From assembly GCA_030633595.1 (NCBI GenBank), contig DAOVSE010000001.1, positions 1 to 43,766 on the forward strand: a stretch of 43,766 bases of DNA, written 5' to 3'. The position numbers were made by a program, and so were the translations under genes. The stretch is from Candidatus Altiarchaeota archaeon (GTDB lineage: Archaea > Altiarchaeota > Altiarchaeia > IMC4 > QMZM01). Under the pieces are notes generated by a model that had not been told where the DNA came from, did not search any database, and saw only the letters and a program-made list of their open reading frames with translations. Positions 9,188 through 17,857 of the stretch are shown here, one piece after another (the first letter of the stretch is position 1; each line of letters starts with the position of its first letter).

Positions 9188-9260
9188 AAGGTTTAATTAT
9201 TTGGATATCCATATATAAATATTAAATGCTTAAATTATTCATATATGCATATTTAATAAA
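9188..9260. promoter_or_regulatory. divergent promoter region between the homocysteine operon and the HTH-CBS regulator gene
   Basis: 73-nt AT-rich spacer with several TATA-like boxes (TATATAAATATTAAAT, ATATTTAATAAA) facing both ways. Confidence 0.4.
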
Positions 9261-9821
9261 ATGCTTCTTCCAGAACTCTCTGAGATATCTCGATTGAGAA
9301 GGAAATTTGGCATCACACAAACAGAACTTGGAAAGAGGGCAGGCGTAAGCCAGTCTTTAGTGGCGAGATTAGAAAAAGGAAGGGCCGATCCCCGCTATTC
9401 TAAGGTTGCTAGTGTTTTCAGGGCATTGGACGAACTGAGAGGTAAAGAGATCCTTGCAAGGGAATTGATGACCTCTAGGGTGGTTGGGGTTCAATTGACA
9501 GATTCCATGGAAAAGATAGTGAATATCCTGAAAAAATTTAATGTATCCCAAATGCCTGTCTTTGATAAAAAGAAGGTGTTGGGCTCAATTTCGGAAAGGG
9601 TTATCCTTGATGAGATAGCAAAGGGTGCCAATATGCTCGATCTCTCTCATAAGAATGTAGAGAGGTTTATGGAGCATCCCTTTCCAATCGTGAGTATGAA
9701 CACACCCTTAACAACGATTTCATCCCTTTTAGAACACAATACCGCCGTTCTGGTTATGAAAAGGGATAAGATCGAAGGGATCATTACAAATGCCGATCTA
9801 CTTAAGGTTGTGCATCGATAA
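9261..9821 (+). CDS. XRE-type HTH + CBS-pair transcriptional regulator
   Basis: 186 aa. ITQTELGKRAGVSQSLVARLEKG is a helix-turn-helix, followed by two CBS repeats (LMTSRVVGV..., PIVSMNTPL...). Confidence 0.75.
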   Translation: MLLPELSEISRLRRKFGITQTELGKRAGVSQSLVARLEKGRADPRYSKVASVFRALDELRGKEILARELMTSRVVGVQLTDSMEKIVNILKKFNVSQMPVFDKKKVLGSISERVILDEIAKGANMLDLSHKNVERFMEHPFPIVSMNTPLTTISSLLEHNTAVLVMKRDKIEGIITNADLLKVVHR

Positions 9822-9828
9822 TATATTA

Positions 9829-10200
9829 AAAACAACCTTCAGAAAGGTTGACGCATCGAGCTTTAGAAAAGCTCGGCGCATCAAGCTTTAAAAAACCTTG
9901 ACCAAAAATTTAATCAGGTTTTCCGTCAACACTCAAGCTTTAGAAAAGCTCGGCGCATCAAGCTTTAAAAAACCTTGACCAAAAATTTATGTGAAATTTT
10001 TTCCGTCAACGCTTTTCCCAAAAGGGTTGAGCTTGACCAAAAATCTAACATGGATTTTTTTGATCAACCTTTTTCCTAAAAAGGTTGCATCAGAACGGGT
10101 ATTGTAGGTTTTCCCACAGACTGCAAAGCAGTCATGGGGCTTTGAAAATCTTTGATTTTCAAAATCGCAAGCTCGAACCCACAGAACGCGTTATCGAAGT
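9829..10200. repeat. intergenic stem-loop array containing a 77-nt tandem duplication
   Basis: Hairpins: CAACCTT/AAGGTTG at 9834-9851, CGAGCTTT/AAAGCTCG, TCAAGCTTT..AACCTTGA at 9882-9904, and TTTGAAAATC/GATTTTCAAA near 10142-10164. A 53-nt identical block occurs at 9861-9913 and 9938-9990. CTTGACCAAAAAT occurs three times. Confidence 0.8.
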
Positions 10201-10295
10201 TAACACTCACATACTTCCCAATACGACAAGAAATTTACGAAGTAAATTTGTTGGTTATTATAAAGTACAGCTATACTTTATAATTCAATAAAAAA

Positions 10296-11552
10296 ATGGG
10301 TAAGACAATCTCTGAAAAGATTTTAAGTAGGCACTCTGGAGAGGATGCATACGCAGGGGATATCGTCATAGCAGAGATTGACTTTGCGATGAGCCAGGAC
10401 GGTACTACCCCGCTGGCCATAAGGGCATTTAATGATATGAAAGCCAAGAAGGTGTGGAATCCAGAGAAGATAGCCCTTGTTATTGACCACTCGGCACCAA
10501 GTCCGAGTAAAGAGGTTTCAAATCTGCATAAGATGATGCGGAATTTTGGGTGTGAACATCATATAGAAAACTTCTATGACAGCGGTTGTGGTGTATGTCA
10601 TCAATTAATGCCAGAGGAGGGGCATGTAGTTCCGGGCGACTTAGTAGTTGGGGCCGACTCCCATACCTGTACATACGGGGCATTGGGTGCATTTTCAACC
10701 GGTATAGGGAGCACCGATATAGCTGCCGTCTTTTCTTCCGGTAAATTGTGGTTCAGGGTCCCAGAAACTATCAAATTTATAATCAATGGGAAATTGCCAA
10801 GGGGCGTTTATTCAAAGGATCTAATTCTGCATCTTATCGGAAAAATGACCGCAGACGGGGCAACTTACAAGGCTCTGGAATTCGGTGGCGATGTAGTCTC
10901 AGCTCTAAGTATTGACGCAAGGATGACCATAAGCAATATGGCAATTGAGATGGGCGCCAAAACCGGCTTAATTGATGTAGATAAAAAAACCCTAGACTGG
11001 GTAAAGGAACACTCCAAGAGAAAGCCTGCTGTTATAAAGAGCGATTCTGATGCTGAATTTACAAAGGTTGAGGAATATAATGCATCAGACCTGGAGCCGC
11101 AGATAGCGAAACCGCACAAGGTCGATAACACCTGCAATATTTCTGAGGTCGAGGGAACCCATATAGATGAGGCCTACATAGGAACATGCACCAACGGCAG
11201 ATTTGAGGATCTGAAAATCGCGGCGGAAATTTTAAAGGATAAACAAGCAAGTAAAGATGTCCGTTTTATTGTGGCTCCTGCATCCAGAGCCGTTTATCTG
11301 AGGGCAATGAATGAGGACGTAATCCAGACCTTACTAAAAGCTGGTGCTTCAGTAGTAACTCCCGGTTGTGGACCGTGTGTTGGAACACATGATGGAATCC
11401 CGGCAGATAACGAGAATGTGATCTCCACGGCCAATAGAAACTTCAAGGGCAGGATGGGGAATAATAGTGCATTTATATATCTAGCCTCTCCGGCAACGGT
11501 GGCTGCTTCCGCAATTACCGGAGAGATAACAGATCCGAGGAAATATCTATGA
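10296..11552 (+). CDS. leuC: aconitase-family dehydratase large subunit (3-isopropylmalate dehydratase LeuC / homoaconitase HacA)
   Basis: 418 aa with MSQDGTTPLA, GADSHTCTYGALGAFSTGIG, IGTCTNGR and PGCGPCVG cluster-ligand motifs. Confidence 0.85.
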   Translation: MGKTISEKILSRHSGEDAYAGDIVIAEIDFAMSQDGTTPLAIRAFNDMKAKKVWNPEKIALVIDHSAPSPSKEVSNLHKMMRNFGCEHHIENFYDSGCGVCHQLMPEEGHVVPGDLVVGADSHTCTYGALGAFSTGIGSTDIAAVFSSGKLWFRVPETIKFIINGKLPRGVYSKDLILHLIGKMTADGATYKALEFGGDVVSALSIDARMTISNMAIEMGAKTGLIDVDKKTLDWVKEHSKRKPAVIKSDSDAEFTKVEEYNASDLEPQIAKPHKVDNTCNISEVEGTHIDEAYIGTCTNGRFEDLKIAAEILKDKQASKDVRFIVAPASRAVYLRAMNEDVIQTLLKAGASVVTPGCGPCVGTHDGIPADNENVISTANRNFKGRMGNNSAFIYLASPATVAASAITGEITDPRKYL

Positions 11553-11602
11553 TTCCAACGTGACAATCCAGACTTATTCAGGAATTCTATGAGAACATCA
11601 TG

Positions 11603-11658
11603 ATCATGCCAAAATTTTTAACACGATTCTTCTGATTTTCTCGAGTTTTTGGCATGAT
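11603..11658. promoter_or_regulatory. 12-bp inverted repeat (ATCATGCCAAAA / TTTTGGCATGAT) plus TCATGA boxes upstream of the wHTH gene
   Basis: Perfect arms at 11603-11614 and 11647-11658. Four TCATGA palindromes lie between about 11598 and 11730. Confidence 0.35.
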
Positions 11659-11737
11659 TCTGTCATTTGAGTCATGAAAAAACCGAAAGGTATTTATATG
11701 AGTCATGACTAAATCATAATAATCATGAATATTAACG

Positions 11738-12202
11738 ATGAAAGATTCCCTCACAAATTATGACAGGGAGTTCGAGGAGATTGTGGGTAATCTCGCCGAT
11801 ACAGTACAGGATATGAGTGATCCGGTGGCTATAGCAACTATGCTGTATACGATCGCCGAGGAGAAAAAGAATGGCAACCTGGTGATAAGGGATATTAATG
11901 CTAAATTTGACAATATCCTTGAGGGATTGAAGGACATTTCCACAAGGTTGGATGATCTTGAGAGTAAAGTGGAGGTCCCATCAAGAGGAGATACCACATT
12001 CGAGATTTCCGACAGGGACAGGGAAATCTTGAGCTATGTAACCAGCAATAGGAGGGTCTGTGCCGACGACATTCAGGAAAAGTTCCAGTACCGGGGGAGG
12101 AATGCCGCATCTGCACGACTCAGCAAGTTATTCAGGGAAAATTTAGTGGAAAAGGTATATGTTGGAAGAAAGGTTTACTATCAACGCAGGATTCCTGACT
12201 AA
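11738..12202 (+). CDS. hypothetical coiled-coil + C-terminal winged-helix DNA-binding protein
   Basis: 154 aa. The C-terminal DREILSYVTSNRRVCADDIQEKF...RLSKLFRENLVEKVYVGRKVYY resembles a MarR/TrmB-like wHTH. Confidence 0.5.
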   Translation: MKDSLTNYDREFEEIVGNLADTVQDMSDPVAIATMLYTIAEEKKNGNLVIRDINAKFDNILEGLKDISTRLDDLESKVEVPSRGDTTFEISDRDREILSYVTSNRRVCADDIQEKFQYRGRNAASARLSKLFRENLVEKVYVGRKVYYQRRIPD

Positions 12203-12219
12203 TCAACCCCTTAACCAAA

Positions 12220-12321
12220 CCAACCACCCCCCGTCCTCCGTCAAGGAGGGCGGTCATTTTTATCACATCACAATGTGGTAATTCAGCCAACCACCCCCCG
12301 TCCTCCGTCAAGGAGGGCGGT
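12220..12321. repeat. two copies of a 35-nt GC-rich hairpin unit between convergent genes (terminator-like)
   Basis: CCAACCACCCCCCGTCCTCCGTCAAGGAGGGCGGT occurs at 12220-12254 and 12287-12321. Each holds a 9-bp stem, CCGTCCTCC/GGAGGGCGG, with one wobble. Confidence 0.75.
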
Positions 12322-12326
12322 TCTTC

Positions 12327-13298
12327 TCATTCTTCTAAGATCTTTTTTAGAAACCACTCAGAATCAAATTCTTTCAGATCATCGAGTCCCTGTCCGACCC
12401 CCATAAAGAGTATGGGCTTTTTTGTCTCATTCGTTATTGATAAGGCAGAACCACCCTTCACATCGGCATCCATCTTTGTGAGGATTATCCCGTCAATTCC
12501 TACATCTCTATTGAATATTCTTGCCTGATCTACTGCATCATTTCCTGTCAGGGCATCGCCAACGAAGATCTTCAGATCTGCGTTACTTACCCTGCAGATC
12601 TTTTTTATCTCACTCATCAGATTTACCTTCGTCTGCATCCTTCCGGCAGTGTCTGCCAGAACGACATCTATCTTTCTCGCCTTTGCATGCTCTATCGCAT
12701 CGTAGATGACAGCTGCAGAATCGGCACCCTTTTGATGTGTAATTGTTTTTATACCCAACCTTTCTCCGTACTTCGTTAGCTGTTCTATTGCACCTGCCCT
12801 GAAGGTGTCCCCGGCAGCTAAAATGACGGAGAGATTATGTTTCATCAGCAGATGGGCAACCTTTGCGATAGTGGTTGTCTTCCCAGAGCCATTAATCCCC
12901 AAGAATACCAAGGTTACCGGTTTTTCTGAATTCCGTACGAAATCTATAAGGTCTATATCCCTCTCAGGCTTCAACACCTCAATCAATACCCCCCTGAGAG
13001 AATTCCTGACAAATTCATGAATTCTATCCTTATCAATTTCCTTATCCCTGAGCTCTTCTTTTAATCTTTCCAGTATAAATTCTGTGGTTTCCACTGCAAC
13101 ATCGCTTTGAATTAAATCAAGCTGTAGACCCCACATGATATTCTCTAAATCCCCCTCAGAGAGTTGTATCCTTCTCTGTAGAATACCCTTTATCTTTGTT
13201 TCCGTAGTTAACTCTGCTTTCTTTTCAGCCGCCTTTCCAGCTGTCTCCTCTGCCTTTCCGATAAAACTACTGAGTCTTTTTTTCAGTGACTGGAACAT
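12327..13298 (-). CDS. ftsY: signal recognition particle receptor FtsY
   Basis: 323 aa with GINGSGKTTTIAK, DTAGR and TKMD GTPase motifs. Confidence 0.9.
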   Translation of the reverse strand: MFQSLKKRLSSFIGKAEETAGKAAEKKAELTTETKIKGILQRRIQLSEGDLENIMWGLQLDLIQSDVAVETTEFILERLKEELRDKEIDKDRIHEFVRNSLRGVLIEVLKPERDIDLIDFVRNSEKPVTLVFLGINGSGKTTTIAKVAHLLMKHNLSVILAAGDTFRAGAIEQLTKYGERLGIKTITHQKGADSAAVIYDAIEHAKARKIDVVLADTAGRMQTKVNLMSEIKKICRVSNADLKIFVGDALTGNDAVDQARIFNRDVGIDGIILTKMDADVKGGSALSITNETKKPILFMGVGQGLDDLKEFDSEWFLKKILEE

Positions 13299-13728
13299 TT
13301 TGATCCATTTGTAGCTCCCGTATCAATCCCTTGGATGTAGAATCCAGTTCGAGCAGTTTATTGTTTATCTCGACAATCGCACTTTGTAGTCTATTCATGG
13401 TATTCTCTAATTCCCCATTCCTCGATTTCAGAATTTCCTTTGCTTCATCGATCGTCTTTTCAACAGAGATTCCAGCACCGACCCCAACAATAACCTTTTT
13501 ACTGTCCTTCAACTCGGCCCTCGCAAAGGAAGTAGAACCAATTGATACCAGGATTTCCGTACCCATCTTGTTCTCTTTTAGAGAATCCATGACCTCAATG
13601 GCAGAGCCTGTTTCTATCCTTGTACTCTCAACCATCTGCATCTGCCCTGAAAGACTTTCTATCTGTTTTTTGTATGTATCCGCTTCCATCAAGATTCTCT
13701 GGAGTTCCTGCTGTCTATCTACTTTCAT
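13267..13728 (-). CDS. pfdA: prefoldin alpha subunit
   Basis: 153 aa with coiled coil, beta hairpins (ILVSIGSTSFARAEL, VIVGVGAGISVE), then coiled coil. The conserved archaeal pfdA-ftsY order is present. Confidence 0.8.
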   Translation of the reverse strand: MKVDRQQELQRILMEADTYKKQIESLSGQMQMVESTRIETGSAIEVMDSLKENKMGTEILVSIGSTSFARAELKDSKKVIVGVGAGISVEKTIDEAKEILKSRNGELENTMNRLQSAIVEINNKLLELDSTSKGLIRELQMDQNVPVTEKKTQ

Positions 13729-14393
13729 TTTTTTCTTTTCAGTATCTTTACCTCCTTATCATAACCAACAATAACAATCTCGGGTTTTCTCTTTGAGAAT
13801 ATCCCATTCTCAATAACCCCCGGAATCGAGTTTAGTCTTTCTTCCAGCTCATGGGGCTCTTTTATGTCAAATTTAGTATCTACAATTACATTCCCATTAT
13901 CCGTCCTGAAATTTTTCCGCAATTCTGGAATCCCACCAAGATGTTTAAGCTCTTCTTCGACGGAATCCCTTTCTGACGGTTCAACCTCGATCGCTACCGG
14001 AAAATTCCCGAGTTTTTTAACGAGCTTTGTATGATCGACAATTACAATAAATGTATTTGATTTTTCCGCTATCCTCTTCTCCCATGTATGCGCCCCACCC
14101 CCGCCCTTTATAAGATTAAAGTCTGGATCAATCTCATCCGCGCCATCGATATCCACATCTATCTCCCTGTACTCGTTCATTGAGGCTAAGGGTATTCCTA
14201 GTTCCCCTGCAAGTCTTTCGGTCCTTCTGGATGTCGGAACTGCGATAATATCAAGATTTTTCTCAGCGAGCCGTTTTATCGCATACTCTGCGGTGGAGCC
14301 AGTTCCCAAGCCGATGACCATTCCATCCTCTATAAAGTCTACCGCCATCTCAGCCGCAGTTTTCTTTGATAACCCTATTTTTTTTATATGCAT
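13725..14393 (-). CDS. rpiA: ribose-5-phosphate isomerase A
   Basis: GLGTGSTAEYAI, DGADEID and KGGGGAH motifs. The start is moved to the internal ATG (MHIKKIG...) at 14393. The stop overlaps the pfdA start as ATGA. Confidence 0.85.
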   Translation of the reverse strand: MHIKKIGLSKKTAAEMAVDFIEDGMVIGLGTGSTAEYAIKRLAEKNLDIIAVPTSRRTERLAGELGIPLASMNEYREIDVDIDGADEIDPDFNLIKGGGGAHTWEKRIAEKSNTFIVIVDHTKLVKKLGNFPVAIEVEPSERDSVEEELKHLGGIPELRKNFRTDNGNVIVDTKFDIKEPHELEERLNSIPGVIENGIFSKRKPEIVIVGYDKEVKILKRKK

Positions 14394-14473
14394 CTTCAGG
14401 TTAGAAAACTGGAAGACAATCCAATAGCCGCTCCCTAACATAAACTATTGGACTTTCCAAGTATAAATGTGAT

Positions 14474-14519
14474 CTTGCCAGAGGTTAGAATTTGTCATGT
14501 AACGTTTATTCATACAATA
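14474..14519. repeat. 46-nt direct repeat, copy 1 (pairs with 15559-15604)
   Basis: CTTGCCAGAGGTTAGAATTTGTCATGTAAC[G/T]TTTATTCATACAATA. The two copies differ at one position. Confidence 0.85.
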
Positions 14520-14704
14520 ACTAATCTAACTGATATTTATTTTTAACTGGGGATTCTGTAGAAAATCAAAACCAACAGTATACACCCAAATACCGGTTCC
14601 AAAATTATCTATCTCACAACCCCGAATCTTGAACATATTACGAAATTCTGGATATTTCTTTGAATTTGTTGGATTTCTTGGAATTTTTGTCTTGAGATGG
14701 AATA

Positions 14705-15172
14705 TTATGTTAAGAGACACCCTAAACCTGTAAAACCAAATATAAGAACAAGTAAAACCAAAACTAAAACTAAAAATAATCTTCCATACTTCCTATCTAA
14801 ACCTTCGACTATAGCGCCTATATTGAGAATCGCAGGTATCCCCTTGTTAAGTTGTCCTAAAGTTAATATATGAAGGTCTTTATCCTCCACTTTTTTAAAT
14901 TTATAATTACCAAATTCTATTTCCGACACTTTAATTTCACCAATATCTATCACCCTGGGTGTTTCTACCTTCAATTCATTATACAATGCTCTTATACTTT
15001 CTTCTCCCCCCCTAACTATAACTTCTACACTACCATCAGGTAGATTCTTAGGTGTTGGGCTACTTAAACCATAACCCATGATTTTTTCTAGGATAAACAC
15101 TCTATAACCTACATCATGGGCCTTGCCATTATCCCCAGAAATAGTAAATTTAGCAGTTTTCACCTCAGACAT
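14705..15172 (-). CDS. acylphosphatase-like domain protein with a C-terminal transmembrane helix
   Basis: 155 aa. ISGDNGKAHDVGYRVFILEK...VEVIVRGGEESI resembles the acylphosphatase fold. The C-terminus LFLVLVLVLLVLIFGFTGLG is hydrophobic. Confidence 0.45.
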   Translation of the reverse strand: MSEVKTAKFTISGDNGKAHDVGYRVFILEKIMGYGLSSPTPKNLPDGSVEVIVRGGEESIRALYNELKVETPRVIDIGEIKVSEIEFGNYKFKKVEDKDLHILTLGQLNKGIPAILNIGAIVEGLDRKYGRLFLVLVLVLLVLIFGFTGLGCLLT

Positions 15173-15299
15173 TTTTTTGATCTAATAGATTATGTATAAA
15201 ACTTATATATAACCTACTTGGTCGGATCGTAAACCCCTCTCAACGAGAACCACTAACGAAATAAGGGGAAATCTCCGGTTTCTCACAACTTAGTTATCC

Positions 15300-15389
15300 T
15301 TAATTCCCCGTTTTTTTTTCGTTGTATTCGATCAACACCTTATCTTTGTTCCTTAGATTCAGTTTCCCTGCGACGTCCTTCGATATCAT
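15300..15389 (-). pseudogene. remnant of an AbrB/SpoVT-type (VapB-like) antitoxin gene
   Basis: The reverse frame reads ...GGGQLMISKDVAGKLNLRNKDKVLIEYNEKKTGN*. This matches the looped-hinge-helix G-x-x-x-I-P-K-x-x motif, but no plausible start covers the whole domain. Confidence 0.3.
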
Positions 15390-15558
15390 CAGCTGACCGC
15401 CACCCCAACGCAGATTAGAGAGGTTTAAAAATACTGTTGTCTTTTATTTTGGAAGTTTAAAAAAGAGGGGTAAATCTGTTAAATTCCCACAATTTTAAGT
15501 CATATAGTTATATAGGTGTTTGAGCAAATTCAATTTGATAGATTACAACATTATTAGT

Positions 15559-15604
15559 CTTGCCAGAGGTTAGAATTTGTCATGTAACTTTTATTCATAC
15601 AATA
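15559..15604. repeat. 46-nt direct repeat, copy 2 (contains a TATA-like TTTTATTCATA upstream of rpl44e)
   Basis: See copy 1. This copy lies 32 nt upstream of the rpl44e ATG. Confidence 0.85.
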
Positions 15605-15635
15605 TCAGTATATTATCTCAACATCACTGTTAAAA

Positions 15636-15917
15636 ATGAAATTACCCAGTGTAGTCAAAACCTACTGCCCCCATTGCAAGGCCCATACGGAGCATGAGCT
15701 GCGATTGGATAGAAAGGGTAAAGAGGGAACCATAAAACAGGGGAGAAGGAGGTATGAGGCCGTAAAGAAAGGGTATGGCGGTTCCCCCAGAACCCCGAAA
15801 AAGACTGTTTATAAGGTAGGAAAGCGTCCGGTTTTAATATTAACGTGTAAGGTTTGCAATAAAAAACAGCAGAGAGTGTATAATTCCAGAACAAAAAAGA
15901 GGGTTGAGGTAGAATAA
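15636..15917 (+). CDS. rpl44e: 50S ribosomal protein L44e (eL42)
   Basis: 93 aa: [15 protein letters not shown]...GYGGSPRTP...LTCKVCNKK. Confidence 0.9.
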   Translation: MKLPSVVKTYCPHCKAHTEHELRLDRKGKEGTIKQGRRRYEAVKKGYGGSPRTPKKTVYKVGKRPVLILTCKVCNKKQQRVYNSRTKKRVEVE

Positions 15918-15918
15918 A

Positions 15919-16104
15919 ATGAGGGAAACAAAGAGTCGATTTTTAAGGGTAAAATGCGATGATTGCGGGAATGAGCAGATAATCTTTGATCGTACAGCAA
16001 CGCAAGTCAGGTGTTTGGTCTGCAATAGGATTCTGGCTGAACCCAGCGGGGGGAAAGCAATCATAAAGACGAAGGTTCTGGATGTATTGGACAAGGACGT
16101 ATGA
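15919..16104 (+). CDS. rps27e: 30S ribosomal protein S27e (eS27)
   Basis: 61 aa: [40 protein letters not shown]. Confidence 0.9.
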   Translation: MRETKSRFLRVKCDDCGNEQIIFDRTATQVRCLVCNRILAEPSGGKAIIKTKVLDVLDKDV

Positions 16105-16547
16105 CTCCTTCTAAAATGAAACATTCCGGTGATTTTGAATTTTTAGAACATACTGCTGATCTAAAATTTATTGCCTATGGGAAAACGCTGGCTGACTGTT
16201 TTCAGAATTCTGCTAAAGCGATGTTTTCTGCAATTGTAGATCCGAAATCAATAGAAGAAAGATACACGAAAGGTATAAAACTGGAGGCTGAAACACTGGA
16301 GATATTACTCCACGATTTCTTGTCTGAGCTGTTATTCCTCTCTGAAACCAGGGAACTGTTCTTTAAGGAATTCCATGTTTCCATCGATAGGAATAAAAAG
16401 TATAGATTAAGGGCTGAGCTTGCGGGGGAAAAATTTAATCCAGGGAAACATGAGATAAAAACGGAGATAAAGGCAGTTACATATCATGAGATGCTCATAG
16501 AGGAGAGGGATAGAGGGTGGATAGCCCAGGTACTCTGTGATATCTAA
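16101..16547 (+). CDS. archease (RtcB tRNA-ligase activator)
   Basis: 148 aa with [16 protein letters not shown] at the N-terminus and IKAVTYHEM at the C-terminus. ATGA overlap with rps27e. Confidence 0.85.
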   Translation: MTPSKMKHSGDFEFLEHTADLKFIAYGKTLADCFQNSAKAMFSAIVDPKSIEERYTKGIKLEAETLEILLHDFLSELLFLSETRELFFKEFHVSIDRNKKYRLRAELAGEKFNPGKHEIKTEIKAVTYHEMLIEERDRGWIAQVLCDI

Positions 16548-17855
16548 TTACGAATCTATAAATCTATTAACACAACTACTACCCCTCTCTATCAGATCCG
16601 TCAACAAAGATTCTGTTTGCGCCTCTGCCGTTATCCTGATACATGGCTCAGTTCCGGAGGCTCTTGTCAAAAACCATCCCTTATCTGTTTTAATTCTGAT
16701 TCCGTCAGTTTCATCTATTTCCCTGATATCCCCTTGAAATTCCCTCAGTATCTCTAGCCTGATTTTATTCATCAAATCCGCAGGGTTTTTCCCTTTATAA
16801 AAAATCTTTACCCTTTTTGTCGGATATTTTTTTATCTTTTCAAGGGTTTCGTAAAACCGATCCTCTGAAACCATCTTTACTATCTTTGCAGCAGTCAAAG
16901 GACCATCCGGGAATAGATGCACATCAGGGAATATGATGGAGCCTGATGGTTCCCCCCCGAATTCTGCATTCTCCCTATAAATCGCGTTGGCAACTGCGAC
17001 GTCGCCTATCGGTGTTCTAATTACCTCCTTGCAGATATCATCGATACACATGGATGCATCCACCGTAGTTACTACCTTATCCTTCCCATAGGCCAGTGCT
17101 GCTAAAAAATTGTCCCAGTCTACCAACCTGCCGTCCTTGCCGATTGCTGCAGACCTATCTGCATCACCGTCGTGAGCTATCCCTATATCTACGTTATTCT
17201 TCTCTACAAGATCACAGGTCTCCTGTAGATTTTCAGTTGTCGGTTCTAAGCCATGAGCGAATATTCCATTCATTTCCGTGTTGATTGCAATAACCTCACA
17301 ACCCATTCTCTCGAGCAGAAGGGGGGTTATAACTGATCCTGCGCCATTGGCACAATCTATCAAAACCTTTACCGGTTTCTCAACCCGGCCCACATTATCC
17401 AATATTCTCTTGATATGTTTCCCTATGTAGTCTCTTTTTTCAACAGAACCGGGATTTTTTTCAGGCTTAAATTTTTCTGAATAGAAAATTCTCTCCACCT
17501 CCCTTTCCTGTTCTGGTGAATACGCTTTTCCATCACCCCAGAACTTGAAGCCATTCCATTCGGGAGGGTTGTGAGAGGCTGTTACAACGACTCCCGTCCC
17601 ATAATCCTCTGTCGCCATCGCAACCGTAGGTGTAGGAACAATTCCCAGATCAACGACATCATGTCCTGTAGCAAGCAGACCGGAGATAAATTCATTCCCG
17701 AGCCTTCCGGAAGAACTCCTAGTATCCCTGCCTATGGCAATTTCTTTATCATCTGAATATGTTCCAAGGGAATAGGCCAGTTTCAGAACAAATTCGGGTA
17801 GAAGTTCATTTATCAGCCTCCTTACACCCGAGGTACCGAATAATCTTGGGTTCAT
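16548..17855 (-). CDS. glmM: phosphohexomutase: phosphoglucosamine mutase / phosphomannomutase
   Basis: 435 aa with the active-site TASHNPPEWNGFKF, the Mg site HDGDADR, and RASGTEP. Confidence 0.85.
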   Translation of the reverse strand: MNPRLFGTSGVRRLINELLPEFVLKLAYSLGTYSDDKEIAIGRDTRSSSGRLGNEFISGLLATGHDVVDLGIVPTPTVAMATEDYGTGVVVTASHNPPEWNGFKFWGDGKAYSPEQEREVERIFYSEKFKPEKNPGSVEKRDYIGKHIKRILDNVGRVEKPVKVLIDCANGAGSVITPLLLERMGCEVIAINTEMNGIFAHGLEPTTENLQETCDLVEKNNVDIGIAHDGDADRSAAIGKDGRLVDWDNFLAALAYGKDKVVTTVDASMCIDDICKEVIRTPIGDVAVANAIYRENAEFGGEPSGSIIFPDVHLFPDGPLTAAKIVKMVSEDRFYETLEKIKKYPTKRVKIFYKGKNPADLMNKIRLEILREFQGDIREIDETDGIRIKTDKGWFLTRASGTEPCIRITAEAQTESLLTDLIERGSSCVNRFIDS

Positions 17856-17857
17856 TT

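Noticed and set aside
9829-10200. Possible CRISPR array, given the many short palindromic repeats in a non-coding stretch
   Set aside because: There is no constant repeat alternating with unique spacers of regular length. The units are different hairpins plus a 77-nt tandem duplication. No cas genes or leader are present in the window.
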